Positions 9,350 through 18,759 of a stretch of DNA of 64,000 nt are shown here, one piece after another. The notes under the pieces were generated by a model. The model was not told the DNA's origin. It was given only the letters and a program-made list of their open reading frames with translations, and ran no database searches. The DNA lies in the NCBI GenBank assembly GCA_023144035.1, contig JAGLGM010000001.1, forward strand, positions 135,422 through 199,421. The letters are read 5' to 3'. This stretch comes from Candidatus Pacearchaeota archaeon (GTDB lineage: Archaea > Nanobdellota > Nanobdellia > Pacearchaeales > GW2011-AR1). Both the position numbers and the translations under genes were made by a program. Position 1 is the stretch's first letter. Each line of letters begins with the position of its first letter.

Positions 9350-10309
9350 ATGAAAAGAAAATACCCTCCAAAACCATTATTTATTGAAAGAATGAAACTT
9401 CTTCTTGGAAAAGATTTTAAAGAATATGAAGAAATTCTAAAAAAAGAGCCTGTAAAATCAATTAGAGTTAATACTTTAAAAATTTCTCCTGAAGAACTTA
9501 AAAAAAAGTTAGAAATTAAAGGTTGGAAAATCACTCAACCTTGGAAAGATTATCCTGAAGTTATGATTATTGAATCAACACTTTTACCAGGAGAACTAGG
9601 AAGGGCATTAGAACATCTTTTAGGATATTATTATGTTCAAGAACTTGCAAGTATGTTACCTATTATTGCATTAAAACCAAAAGAAAATGAAAAAATCCTA
9701 GATTTATGTGCTGCTCCAGGAAGCAAAACAACACAAATAGCTTCTGAAATGAAAAACACTGGATTAATTATTGCAAATGAAATCCATTTAGGAAGAATAA
9801 AAATTCTTGCGTCAAATTTAGAAAGATGCGGAGTTACAAATACAATTATAACAAGAAAAGAAGGAAGAATATTATGTGAAAGATTAAAACAAAAAGACTT
9901 CAAATGTGATAAAATTCTACTTGATGCTCCTTGTTCTGGAGAAGGAACTTTAAGAAGCACACCAGTAACTTACTTAATGTGGAATCCTAAAACAATTAGA
10001 CGACTCGCAAGTCTTCAAAAAAAATTATTTGAAAGTGCATTTGAACTTTTAAAAATCAATGGAGAAATAATTTATTCAACATGTACACATGCTCCAGAAG
10101 AAAACGAAGCAATAATTAATCATGTTATAGAAAAGTTCGGTAATCAAATTAAAATAGAAAAAATAACCTTGCCAATTAATTGTAGACCAGGAATTTCTAG
10201 CTGGAAAGATAAAAAATATTGTAAAGAAACAAAACAAGCATGTAGAATTTACCCTCAAGATAACAATACAGAAGGATTTTTTATAACTAAATTTCGGAGG
10301 GTTAAATGA
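9350..10309 (+). CDS. NOL1/NOP2/Sun-family RNA (cytosine-C5)-methyltransferase
   Basis: SAM motif LDLCAAPGSKT; catalytic Cys motifs LLDAPCSGEGT and YSTCT. Confidence 0.85.
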   Translation: MKRKYPPKPLFIERMKLLLGKDFKEYEEILKKEPVKSIRVNTLKISPEELKKKLEIKGWKITQPWKDYPEVMIIESTLLPGELGRALEHLLGYYYVQELASMLPIIALKPKENEKILDLCAAPGSKTTQIASEMKNTGLIIANEIHLGRIKILASNLERCGVTNTIITRKEGRILCERLKQKDFKCDKILLDAPCSGEGTLRSTPVTYLMWNPKTIRRLASLQKKLFESAFELLKINGEIIYSTCTHAPEENEAIINHVIEKFGNQIKIEKITLPINCRPGISSWKDKKYCKETKQACRIYPQDNNTEGFFITKFRRVK

Positions 10310-10764
10310 ACCTAAAAATATTAAGTATAAATGAAAAAAGAAAAATAGAAAAAAGTTTACAAGAACAATTTGGAATAAATCAAATAAAAGGGCTTTTAGT
10401 AAAAAGAGGAGAAGAAAGAATCTTTTTATTTCAAGGAAATTTAAGTCCAAAAGAAATTGTAGAATTAGAAAGAAAAATTCCATTAGAAAGAGTAGGAATT
10501 TATTTTGCTAAAATAGTTAGAGATGAACCAAAATTAAGTATAGAAGGTGTACAAATTCTAAAAGACCAAATAAAAAAGAATATCTTTGAGGTTAATAAGG
10601 AACAAGCAGAACAATGGATGAGTGGACAAGAACTAAATATAAAAACAGGAATAAAAGGATTTATAATAATAAAATACAAAGATGATTTATTAGGATGTGG
10701 AAATGCTTCAGAAGAAAAGATAACAAACTTCATTCCTAAGTCAAGGAGATTAAAATTAAAATGA
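10306..10764 (+). CDS. Nip7-like / PUA-domain RNA-binding protein
   Basis: C-terminus GFIIIKYKDDLLGCGNASEEKITNFIPKSRRL resembles a PUA domain. ATGA overlap with the upstream m5C methyltransferase. Confidence 0.5.
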   Translation: MNLKILSINEKRKIEKSLQEQFGINQIKGLLVKRGEERIFLFQGNLSPKEIVELERKIPLERVGIYFAKIVRDEPKLSIEGVQILKDQIKKNIFEVNKEQAEQWMSGQELNIKTGIKGFIIIKYKDDLLGCGNASEEKITNFIPKSRRLKLK

Positions 10765-11027
10765 ACAAAATAATAAAAAAATACAATTTAAACTATAAAC
10801 AACAACATGATTTGGAAATATGTTTAGATATCCAAAAACAATTTCTTGATATAATGGTAAAAAGTGTAGATGGTATAAAACAATTATTTGAAAGTTATAA
10901 TGCAGAATATTTTGCAAAAAATATAAGTAAGGGAAAATGTCCTTCTGAAATATTCACAAAAATAAGAAACTATTGTGCTACAAAAGGTTTAGAAAATACC
11001 TTAAAAGAAAGTGGAAGATTTAATTAA
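10761..11027 (+). CDS. hypothetical protein (88 aa)
   Basis: ORF with ATGA overlap to the upstream gene. Confidence 0.4.
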   Translation: MNKIIKKYNLNYKQQHDLEICLDIQKQFLDIMVKSVDGIKQLFESYNAEYFAKNISKGKCPSEIFTKIRNYCATKGLENTLKESGRFN

Positions 11028-11073
11028 AAAAATTACAAAATAAACATATTAAAATAAACAAACTAAAATTAAA

Positions 11074-11988
11074 ATGAAAAAACAATCAATAATCAAAGCA
11101 GGAGAAATTGCAATAGAAGTTAAAAAATATGCAAAATCTTTTATAAAAAAAGACATGCTCTTATTAGAAATAGCAGATAAAATAGAATCAAAAATAATTG
11201 AACTTGGAGGTAAACCTGCATTTCCAACAAATACAAGTATAAATGAAGTTGCTGCACACTATGCTCCTTCACATGATGATGAAACAAAAGCTCATGGTCT
11301 TCTTAAAATTGATTTAGGTGTTCACATTGATGGTTACATTGCAGATACTGCTTTTTCTTTAGATTTAGAAAATAATGAAGAAAATAAAAAACTGATAATT
11401 GCAAGTCAAGAAGCACTAAATAATGCTATAAAATTAATAAAAAATAATTTTGAGGGTGGCGGAGGGGCAGATGGTAGCTTAACCACAAACCAAATTGGCA
11501 AAATTGTTCAAGAAACAATTGAATCCAAAGGTTTCTCACCAATAATTAATTTATCAGGACATGAAATGAAAGAAAATGAATTACATGCTGGATTAACTAT
11601 TCCAAATATTGATGATAAAAAAGAAATTTCAATAAAAAAAGGACTTTATGCAATAGAACCTTTTGCAACTAATGGAAGTGGAAGAGTATATGATGGAAAA
11701 CCCTCAGGAATTTATATGGTTACAGATAGTAAAAATATTAGAAGTTCAATTGCAAGAGAAGTTTTAGAATTTATATTAGAAGAATACTATACTCTGCCTT
11801 TTTGTTCTAGATGGTTAGTTAAAAAGTTTGGAGCAAAAGCTTTGTTTGGTTTAAGACAATTAGAAGAAAACGGAAACTTACATCATTTTCCACAATTAAT
11901 TGAAACAGGAAAGGGAAAAGTAGCTCAAGCAGAAAACACTGTTTTAGTTGAAGACGATAAAGTAACTATTACTACTGAAGAAAATTAA
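11074..11988 (+). CDS. map: methionine aminopeptidase, type 2 (archaeal)
   Basis: AAHYAPS, IDLGVHIDGYIADTAFS, SGHEM, metal-ligand pattern. Contains a Gly-rich insert, NNFEGGGGADGS. Confidence 0.85.
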   Translation: MKKQSIIKAGEIAIEVKKYAKSFIKKDMLLLEIADKIESKIIELGGKPAFPTNTSINEVAAHYAPSHDDETKAHGLLKIDLGVHIDGYIADTAFSLDLENNEENKKLIIASQEALNNAIKLIKNNFEGGGGADGSLTTNQIGKIVQETIESKGFSPIINLSGHEMKENELHAGLTIPNIDDKKEISIKKGLYAIEPFATNGSGRVYDGKPSGIYMVTDSKNIRSSIAREVLEFILEEYYTLPFCSRWLVKKFGAKALFGLRQLEENGNLHHFPQLIETGKGKVAQAENTVLVEDDKVTITTEEN

Positions 11989-12554
11989 TTTGAAAGCATA
12001 ATTTCCAATGAATCTAAATCTGCTTTTTTTAATCTTTGAATCTCCTTATTATTTTTAAACTCAAAAGTATCAAGACTATCTTCATTAAATATATCTATGA
12101 AAACCAAATCTTCTTTTGAAAAATAAATAAAATTATTACTCTTTATGTCTAAATCTATAAAACCTTCATTATGAATTTCATTAATCAAATTAATTGCTTG
12201 TTGTTGATGATTTGTGCTAAGATATTGTCCAGAAAAAATATTTCCTTTTGCATAATCTTTAACTAAAACAAAAGGAAGAATCTTTTGATCATCTGATAAT
12301 AAAGAATTTTTCTCAGGAAAATCAAACTTAATTTCAGTTATCAAAGAAGTTATGTTTTTAAGTCCATTAAGTCTTTTAAGACCTTTCAATTCTTTATTAT
12401 ATAAAACAAGATCAGAAGATTCATAACTTGAAGCTTTTAAAATCCTCTTTTCTTTATTAAAAAAAGCACTATAAACATACAAAGAACCATCTAATCTATT
12501 AAGATTTTCAAATCCTTGTTTCAAAAGCAATAATTTTAAATTTTCTTCTTTCAT
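11985..12554 (-). CDS. minimal protein-kinase-like protein (Bud32/RIO-sized), tentative
   Basis: Catalytic-loop-like IDLDIKSNNFIY and DFG-like VFIDIF; candidate Lys in RILKAS. Confidence 0.35.
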   Translation of the reverse strand: MKEENLKLLLLKQGFENLNRLDGSLYVYSAFFNKEKRILKASSYESSDLVLYNKELKGLKRLNGLKNITSLITEIKFDFPEKNSLLSDDQKILPFVLVKDYAKGNIFSGQYLSTNHQQQAINLINEIHNEGFIDLDIKSNNFIYFSKEDLVFIDIFNEDSLDTFEFKNNKEIQRLKKADLDSLEIMLSN

Positions 12555-12585
12555 AAAACCCTTAGAAATATCTTTATTTATAAAT

Positions 12586-14916
12586 TTAACCCAAATAACT
12601 TCCTGTAATAGGTAAAGCTGCCTTTGCAGATTGTAAGAAATTCTCTTCTATTTTTTTATAAACATCTAAAGTGTTTTTATTTACACTTGGTTTAATTTTT
12701 GTTAAGGCTTCTTCAAAATGTTTCTTTTTAACTATTTTTGAATCTATAGATTCTCTTAATGCAATCATAGCTGCCTCTCTTGTTAATGCTTCTATATCTG
12801 CTCCTGTATAACCTTCTGCTTTCTTTGCAAGCTCTGTTAATAATTTTTCCCTATCTTTATTTTCAAATAATTTTTTATCTCCAAGAGGCATTTTCTTTGT
12901 ATGAATTTTTAAAACATTTAATCTACCTTTTTCATTAGGAGAATTTACTAATAATATTTTATCAAATCTACCTGGCCTTAATAATGCAGGGTCTAACATA
13001 TCTGGCCGATTTGTTGCAGCAATAATTAAAACATCATTTAAATCTTCAAGTCCATCCATTTCAGATAATAATTGATTTAAAACTCTCTCTGTAACTTTTG
13101 TTCCTTGTTCAATCCCTCTCTTACCTGCCATTGCATCTATTTCATCAAAGAAAATAATACACGGAGCAACTTGTCTTGCTCTTTCAAATATTTTTCTAAC
13201 TCCTTCTTCTGATTTACCAACCCACATACTTAATAAAGAAGGTCCTTTAACTTGAATAAAATTAGCTTCTGATTCTTTTGCAGTTGCTTTTGCTAATAAA
13301 GTTTTACCTGTTCCAGGAGGGCCGTATAATAAAATACCTCTTGAAGGCCTAATTCCCATTCTCTTAAAACTTTCAGGGTGTTTTAATGGCCATTCAACAG
13401 CTTCTTGTAATTCATCCCTAACATTATCTAATCCTCCAACAGATTCCCAACCAATATTTGGAGTTTCTACTAAAACTTCACGCATAGCAGAAGGTCTAAC
13501 AGTTTTTAATGCATCTATAAAATCAATTTGTTTAATTACTAATTGTTCTAAAACTTCTTTTGGAATTTGTTCATCTTCATTATCACGATCTAATTTTAAT
13601 TTAGGTAAATGTTTTCTTAAAACAGACATAGCAGCTTCTTTTGTTAAAGCTTCTAAATCAGCACCTACAAAACCATGAGTTAATGCTGCTAATTTTTCTA
13701 AATTTACATCTTTAGTTAAAGGCATTCCACGACTATGAATTTTTAAAATTTGTAATCTTCCTTCTTTACTTGGAACTCCAACTTCAATTTCCCTATCAAA
13801 TCTTCCAGGACGTCTTAAAGCAGGATCAAGAGCATTAACTCTATTTGTTGCTCCAATAACAATAACATTTCCTCTTGACTTTAAACCATCCATCATTGTT
13901 AAAATCTGACTAACAACTCTTCTTTCTACTTCTCCTGAAACTTCTTCTCTTTTAGGAGCAATAGCATCAAGTTCGTCTATAAATATAATAGAAGGAGCAT
14001 TTTTCTCTGCTTCATCAAAAATATCTCTTATCTTCTTTTCTGATTCTCCATAAAACTTAGACATAATCTCAGGACCATTTAATAAAATAAAATTAGCTTC
14101 TGTTTCAGTTGCCACTGCTTTTGCTAATAATGTTTTACCTGTTCCAGGAGGACCATGTAATAAAACTCCTTTTGGTGGTTCAATACCTAATTGATTAAAT
14201 ATTTCAGGACGCTTAATTGGAATTTCTACCATCTCCCTTATTTTTTTAATTTCTTCTGTAAGACCTCCAATATCTTCATAATAAATTTTCTTAATACTAT
14301 CTTCCTCAATATCAACTGCTTTTGAATTTAAAGAAACAATTGTATTTTCTGTTATAATAACTGGTTGATTTGGATTCACAGATACAACTAAAAATTTAAT
14401 TTGAGAAATACCTCCTCCTAAATTTCCAAGAATATTTCCAAATTCTTCCCCAAACATATCTCCAAAACCTTCTCCAAGACCCATTTCAGAAAACAAATCC
14501 TTTCTTCTTTGAACACCACCTAATACAACAACATCTCCTTTAAGAACAGTTCTTCCAAGCAATCCATTTCTTAAATGTTCTGGATCTCCTTGAACCATAA
14601 TTCCTTTTTGTGCAGGAGCAATTGTAATTTTCTTTGCTTCTTTAATTGCTGACTTAGAAACCTTAACAGGATCGCCAATTCCAGTCTTTGCATTTCTTCT
14701 TAAAATACCATCAATTCTAATTATTCCTTCGCCAACATCTGCTGGATAAGCTCGGTCAGCAATTGCAACAGTTTCCCTATTTCCCTTAATTAAAATAGCA
14801 TCTCCTCTTCTAATTCCTAAATCTCTCATTATATCTGCGTCAATTCTTGCTATACCTTTATATGCATCATCTTGTAATGCTTCAACAACCTTTAACTGAA
14901 TTTCTTTATTAGCCAT
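12586..14916 (-). CDS. cdc48: Cdc48/VCP-like AAA+ ATPase
   Basis: N-domain followed by two AAA modules, each with GPPGTGKT Walker A and DE(I/L)D Walker B. Confidence 0.95.
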   Translation of the reverse strand: MANKEIQLKVVEALQDDAYKGIARIDADIMRDLGIRRGDAILIKGNRETVAIADRAYPADVGEGIIRIDGILRRNAKTGIGDPVKVSKSAIKEAKKITIAPAQKGIMVQGDPEHLRNGLLGRTVLKGDVVVLGGVQRRKDLFSEMGLGEGFGDMFGEEFGNILGNLGGGISQIKFLVVSVNPNQPVIITENTIVSLNSKAVDIEEDSIKKIYYEDIGGLTEEIKKIREMVEIPIKRPEIFNQLGIEPPKGVLLHGPPGTGKTLLAKAVATETEANFILLNGPEIMSKFYGESEKKIRDIFDEAEKNAPSIIFIDELDAIAPKREEVSGEVERRVVSQILTMMDGLKSRGNVIVIGATNRVNALDPALRRPGRFDREIEVGVPSKEGRLQILKIHSRGMPLTKDVNLEKLAALTHGFVGADLEALTKEAAMSVLRKHLPKLKLDRDNEDEQIPKEVLEQLVIKQIDFIDALKTVRPSAMREVLVETPNIGWESVGGLDNVRDELQEAVEWPLKHPESFKRMGIRPSRGILLYGPPGTGKTLLAKATAKESEANFIQVKGPSLLSMWVGKSEEGVRKIFERARQVAPCIIFFDEIDAMAGKRGIEQGTKVTERVLNQLLSEMDGLEDLNDVLIIAATNRPDMLDPALLRPGRFDKILLVNSPNEKGRLNVLKIHTKKMPLGDKKLFENKDREKLLTELAKKAEGYTGADIEALTREAAMIALRESIDSKIVKKKHFEEALTKIKPSVNKNTLDVYKKIEENFLQSAKAALPITGSYLG

Positions 14917-15292
14917 TTTTATTTGTTTTTTTCTTTAATTCCTCAAAATTTAAACTTAACTTTCCAAAATCTTCAAAGCACAATTTAACCATTTCATCCA
15001 TTATGCTTTTTTGTTCATTCATAAAAGAGACTATTTCCTTAGGAATTGAAACAGCATAACTATTTCCTACTAATCTCATTTTAACCTTAAATTCCTTATT
15101 TTTTAGATTTATAAATTTATTGTACTCTTGTTCATCAACAGGATGTATTATTTTATCTTTACATTTTGGGCAAATCACTGCTCTAAACAAAAAACCATTT
15201 TTTACAATTTTTACTTTTTGCATTTTTGTATCGCATTTTTTACATAAAATTGTGTTATCAAATATATCTGCCATGTTATTTTTAAGATTCAT
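14909..15292 (-). CDS. zinc-ribbon plus AbrB/SpoVT-like domain protein
   Basis: CKKCD..17..CPKCK zinc ribbon, then VGNSYAVSIPKEIV (AbrB-type looped-hinge helix). 8-nt overlap with the cdc48 start. Confidence 0.5.
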   Translation of the reverse strand: MNLKNNMADIFDNTILCKKCDTKMQKVKIVKNGFLFRAVICPKCKDKIIHPVDEQEYNKFINLKNKEFKVKMRLVGNSYAVSIPKEIVSFMNEQKSIMDEMVKLCFEDFGKLSLNFEELKKKTNKNG

Positions 15293-15786
15293 AATTGCCT
15301 ATGTGACTACCTTGAGGCATAGATTTTATTAAACTAGTATATAAATTTTCAGCAAAAGAATTTCCAGTATATTTTTGATTATAATTCTTTAAATCATAAC
15401 TTGCACTCATTAAATTTTTATTAAGAGTATATTTTTTAAAGTCTATTTTTGAATTTTCGCCAGTTATTATTGGATTATACATTTTAATATGATGCCACAG
15501 ATCTTTTAGAAATGTGGCTAGGGGTTGAAAGAAGGTATAAGGTGTATACCTATCGTGTATACACAGAATATACACTATTTAAAGATTTCCATGATAAAGG
15601 CTTTGTGTAAATAGTCACGCTTGTGTAAAAAGTCTAATCTTCCAATCCTAATAAAATAAGTAATTTTGTGAATTTATTTTTTAATTCTCTATCTTTCATG
15701 CCTTCTCTTAACTCTTTGATTAATTTTTCATACTCTTCCTTTTCTTTTTTCATTTTCACTTAAAAGTTATAAGAAAACTATTTCTT

Positions 15787-15924
15787 CTTATTTAACTTTG
15801 TTTTAATTGCACTTTCAATAAAAGAGGAAATGTCTTCGTCATTTTGAGCAACATGAATTTTGACCTCTTTCCATAAAGTTTCACCAATCCTTGGCTTTGT
15901 GTATTTAGTGGCTCTTAAAGATTA
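15787..15924 (-). pseudogene. start-less ribbon-helix-helix remnant
   Basis: Minus-strand frame reads SLRATKYTKPRIGETLWKEVKIHVAQNDEDISSFIESAIKTKLNKKK*. There is no ATG/GTG/TTG after the upstream in-frame stop. Confidence 0.3.
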
Positions 15925-15945
15925 TATAAAACATACAATAAAAAA

Positions 15946-16422
15946 TTAAGCAACAGCTGATTTTAAAACATTTTTCCTAGGTCTTCCCCTCTTTCTCTTC
16001 ACAGGTTCTTCAACTTTCGCTTGTTTAAAAAGTTCTATTTTTTTATTTCTTTGTTCTTGAATTTTAGCTTCTAAAACAGTTAAATTTCCCTTAATTCTAT
16101 GCATTTCTAAAACATCATCTAGTTTCATTTTTTCTATAAAAGCTCTTCCTAATGAAAAAGGATGAATTTTATCATATGGATGAAAATCTTCTTTTCCAAA
16201 TAAAATCTTATAACAATCCCACAATTCTTTATAAGTAACAAAAAAATAGTTTTCTTTAATTTCAGAACCATTACTTTCTTTTCTTTTTACTTGAATCTCA
16301 CACTCAGCATATAATCCTCTTTTAGAATATGCCTCTTTCATCAAATCTAACATAACTTCAGGTTTTACTTCTCCTTTTTCAAAAAAAGTTTTTCTTGAAC
16401 TAGGTAAAATATATTTTGGCAT
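15946..16422 (-). CDS. hypothetical protein with C-terminal AT-hook
   Basis: C-terminal KRKRGRPRKN (GRP-core AT-hook) after a coiled-coil segment. Confidence 0.5.
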   Translation of the reverse strand: MPKYILPSSRKTFFEKGEVKPEVMLDLMKEAYSKRGLYAECEIQVKRKESNGSEIKENYFFVTYKELWDCYKILFGKEDFHPYDKIHPFSLGRAFIEKMKLDDVLEMHRIKGNLTVLEAKIQEQRNKKIELFKQAKVEEPVKRKRGRPRKNVLKSAVA

Positions 16423-16486
16423 ATTAAAAACTAAATAAAACAGTTATTAAGAATTACTATAATTAAAAGTATATAATAAAAATTAT

Positions 16487-16789
16487 TTAATGCTTACTTA
16501 ATAAACTTACTTCTTTTCTAACTTTTAACTCTCTATCTAATTCTTTCTTACTAATTTTTTTTAACTCAAAATCATCACTCACTGCTATTTCTATTGTGCC
16601 TCTTGATTTTAAATATGTAGCTGACTTATTACTCCCCCTACGAAATATTTGATAATAATTCACTCCAAACAAAGAATCTTTTATATTCTCTAAATAATTT
16701 TTTATAACCATATAATTAAAATCAGTTCTAACTTTAAAAGAATTACTACAATCAAAAGTACACAATAAACAACTTTTAAAAACCCTCAT
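16487..16789 (-). CDS. hypothetical protein (100 aa)
   Basis: ORF only. Confidence 0.35.
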   Translation of the reverse strand: MRVFKSCLLCTFDCSNSFKVRTDFNYMVIKNYLENIKDSLFGVNYYQIFRRGSNKSATYLKSRGTIEIAVSDDFELKKISKKELDRELKVRKEVSLLSKH

Positions 16790-16803
16790 CGTATTTATAA
16801 AAT

Positions 16804-17436
16804 ATGAAAAATTCTAAAAAGAGGTTTAAAGAATTTTTAAAGAAATTTTGGTTTGTTGTTTGGAAAGATGAAAGTCTTAAAGGATGGTTAATTTCTATAC
16901 TTTTCTTATTTGTTGTAATTAAATTAATTTTCTTTCCTTTGCTAAATTTAGTAACAGGAACTGTTTTACCATTAGCAATTGTTGAATCTTGTAGCATGTA
17001 TCATGAAGGCACTCTTTTTTCTGATTTTGATTCTTGGTATGAAAGCCACGATGATAAATACAACAATTTTATGATTAATCAATTAGATTTTCAAGAATTT
17101 CCATTTAAACGCGGTTTAAACAAAGGAGATATTTTGTTTATTGTTGGTGCAAAACCAGAAAAATTAGAAAAAGGAGACATAATAATTTTTGAAGCATCTC
17201 AATCAAATCCTATAATCCATAGAATAATTGAAATAAATGAAAATGAAGGAGAATATATTTTCTCAACAATTGGAGATAATAATGATGGTCAATTAACTTT
17301 TGAAAAAGAAATCTCAGAAAATAAAATAGTTGGAAAAGCTGTATTTAGAGTTTCTCCTTATTTAGGTTGGGTTAAATTAATATTTTTTGAAGGAAACAAA
17401 CCAATTTCAGAAAAAGGTTTTTGTGATGAAAATTAA
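16804..17436 (+). CDS. signal peptidase I, archaeal/Sec11 type
   Basis: N-terminal TM helix, catalytic Ser motif VESCSMYH, GDIIIF, IHRIIE, GDNN. Confidence 0.7.
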   Translation: MKNSKKRFKEFLKKFWFVVWKDESLKGWLISILFLFVVIKLIFFPLLNLVTGTVLPLAIVESCSMYHEGTLFSDFDSWYESHDDKYNNFMINQLDFQEFPFKRGLNKGDILFIVGAKPEKLEKGDIIIFEASQSNPIIHRIIEINENEGEYIFSTIGDNNDGQLTFEKEISENKIVGKAVFRVSPYLGWVKLIFFEGNKPISEKGFCDEN

Positions 17437-17474
17437 ATGGAAATATTTATAAAAGAAGGATTATAAAACTTACA

Positions 17475-17783
17475 ATGGAATTTTGCCCAAAGTGCGGTGC
17501 AGTATTAATACAAAAAAGAAAAAACTTCGGTTGTGCCAGATGTAATTACTCATCAAAAGATAAAATCAAAATTTCTACTTCTGAAAAAATATCTGAAAAA
17601 TCAGAAATTGGAGTTGTAACTGGAAAAGATACAGAAACTTTACCTGTTGTGGCTGAAAAATGTAAAAAATGTGGAAATGAAAAAGCTTACTTTTGGACTG
17701 TTCAAACACGTTCAGGAGACGAAGCAGAAACAAAATTTTTCAAATGTACAAAGTGTGAAAATATTTGTCGAGAATATAGATAA
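17475..17783 (+). CDS. tfs: transcription factor S / RNA polymerase subunit M
   Basis: N-terminal Zn ribbon CPKCG..CARC; C-terminal Zn ribbon CKKCG..QTRSGDEAETKFFKCTKC. Confidence 0.85.
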   Translation: MEFCPKCGAVLIQKRKNFGCARCNYSSKDKIKISTSEKISEKSEIGVVTGKDTETLPVVAEKCKKCGNEKAYFWTVQTRSGDEAETKFFKCTKCENICREYR

Positions 17784-17860
17784 ATACCGCAATAAATAAA
17801 AACCATTTCTACTTAGTTTAAAAATGGATAAAAAAAGTATATTTGGATCTTTAGAAATAT
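17755..17860 (+). repeat. direct repeat copy 1 (tfs 3' end, downstream spacer and first codons of a small ORF)
   Basis: Near-identical to 18374..18479; one mismatch in the first ~95 nt, diverging at the distal end. Confidence 0.9.
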
Positions 17861-18234
17861 TATTTCTTAGCAACAGGCAATCCACCTGGTGAACTATATG
17901 TACCCATAGTTGGAACATTTACCTTAAAATTATTTATTCTAACAAGTGCTTCCAATCCATTATTTACAAAATCTATTTTATGTTCAGCTTTTATAGGAGA
18001 ATATTTCAAATCTTCAAAATCTACATAAAGTTTATCTTTTATTACATATTTTTTAGGTTTTTGAGTATCTAAAACTTTAACTGGATATCCTACAAAATTT
18101 TCATATTCTTTAATACTTCCAGGCCAAAGAATTATTTTTTTTACTCTTTTATTATGTTGTTTACTAATTTCTCTCATATTATCTTCTTTTTTTCTTATTT
18201 CTGCTTTTTCTTCTTTGCTTTTAAAAATACTCAT
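17860..18234 (-). CDS. hypothetical protein (124 aa) inside the repeat-flanked insertion
   Basis: ORF only; its stop abuts the end of repeat copy 1. Confidence 0.4.
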   Translation of the reverse strand: MSIFKSKEEKAEIRKKEDNMREISKQHNKRVKKIILWPGSIKEYENFVGYPVKVLDTQKPKKYVIKDKLYVDFEDLKYSPIKAEHKIDFVNNGLEALVRINNFKVNVPTMGTYSSPGGLPVAKK

Positions 18235-18318
18235 AATAAGAGATTATATTTCTTATTTATAAACCTTTCCTTTTTTTATTACTATAAAATTACAACAAAT
18301 GGAATTTTGAGAAGTTAA

Positions 18319-18345
18319 ATGGCCCTGGAAAGATTTGTGGCTCAC
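18319..18345 (-). repeat. degenerate copy of the tRNA-Lys 3' end (att-like)
   Basis: ATGGCCCTGGAAAGATTTG compared with ATGGCCCTGGAGGGATTTG at 21993 (plus-strand reading). Confidence 0.6.
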
Positions 18346-18373
18346 CAGAGTCATCCTTTGAGGAAACCCTTAG

Positions 18374-18479
18374 GTGAAAATATTTGTCGAGAATATAGAT
18401 AAATACAGCAATAAATAAAAACCATTTCTACTTAGTTTAAAAATGGATAAAAAAAGTATATTTGGATTTCTAGCAATAT
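18374..18479 (+). repeat. direct repeat copy 2 (ghost tfs 3' end plus the start of an intact small membrane ORF)
   Basis: Contains GAAAATATTTGTCGAGAATATAGATAA, identical to the last codons of tfs. Confidence 0.9.
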
Positions 18480-18589
18480 TCTTCTTAATAATCATTCTTT
18501 TCACACCTAAAGATTCTAATTTATGGATAACTCTTTTAATTTCAGGAATATTATTTGGAATTATTTGGTTCTTTATAAAAGAAAATTGA
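18443..18589 (+). CDS. small membrane protein (48 aa)
   Basis: MDKKSIFGFLAIFFLIIILFTPKDSNLWITLLISGILFGIIWFFIKEN, two hydrophobic helices. Its 5' end is duplicated and truncated at 17823. Confidence 0.4.
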   Translation: MDKKSIFGFLAIFFLIIILFTPKDSNLWITLLISGILFGIIWFFIKEN

Positions 18590-18601
18590 ATGGCCCTGGA
18601 G
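18590..18601 (-). repeat. 12-nt copy of the tRNA-Lys 3' terminus (att-like)
   Basis: ATGGCCCTGGAG is identical to 21993..22004; the 12-mer is GC-rich against an AT-rich background. Confidence 0.5.
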
Positions 18602-18759
18602 ATAATTAATAAAAAGTTATTATTATATTTTATTTAAGGAATAAATAACTCTCACGCCGAGCATATAGAATTTTGTCCAAATCAATGAGTGTGTTTTTTA
18701 CTTATTGATATAAAATATAATGATTTGATGTTTAAATAATTTTAGGAATCTTTTGAAGG

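Noticed and set aside
9322-10733. Minus-strand ORFs 9322..9534, 9637..9960, 10076..10483 and 10500..10733
   Set aside because: Antisense shadows of the m5C methyltransferase and PUA genes.
15282-15575. 97-aa minus-strand ORF upstream of the Zn-ribbon/AbrB gene
   Set aside because: No motif, odd composition, and overlap with the next gene. It may be partly real from the internal Met, but I cannot support it.
16776-16997. 73-aa minus-strand ORF
   Set aside because: It overlaps the start of the signal peptidase gene on the opposite strand and is probably a shadow ORF.
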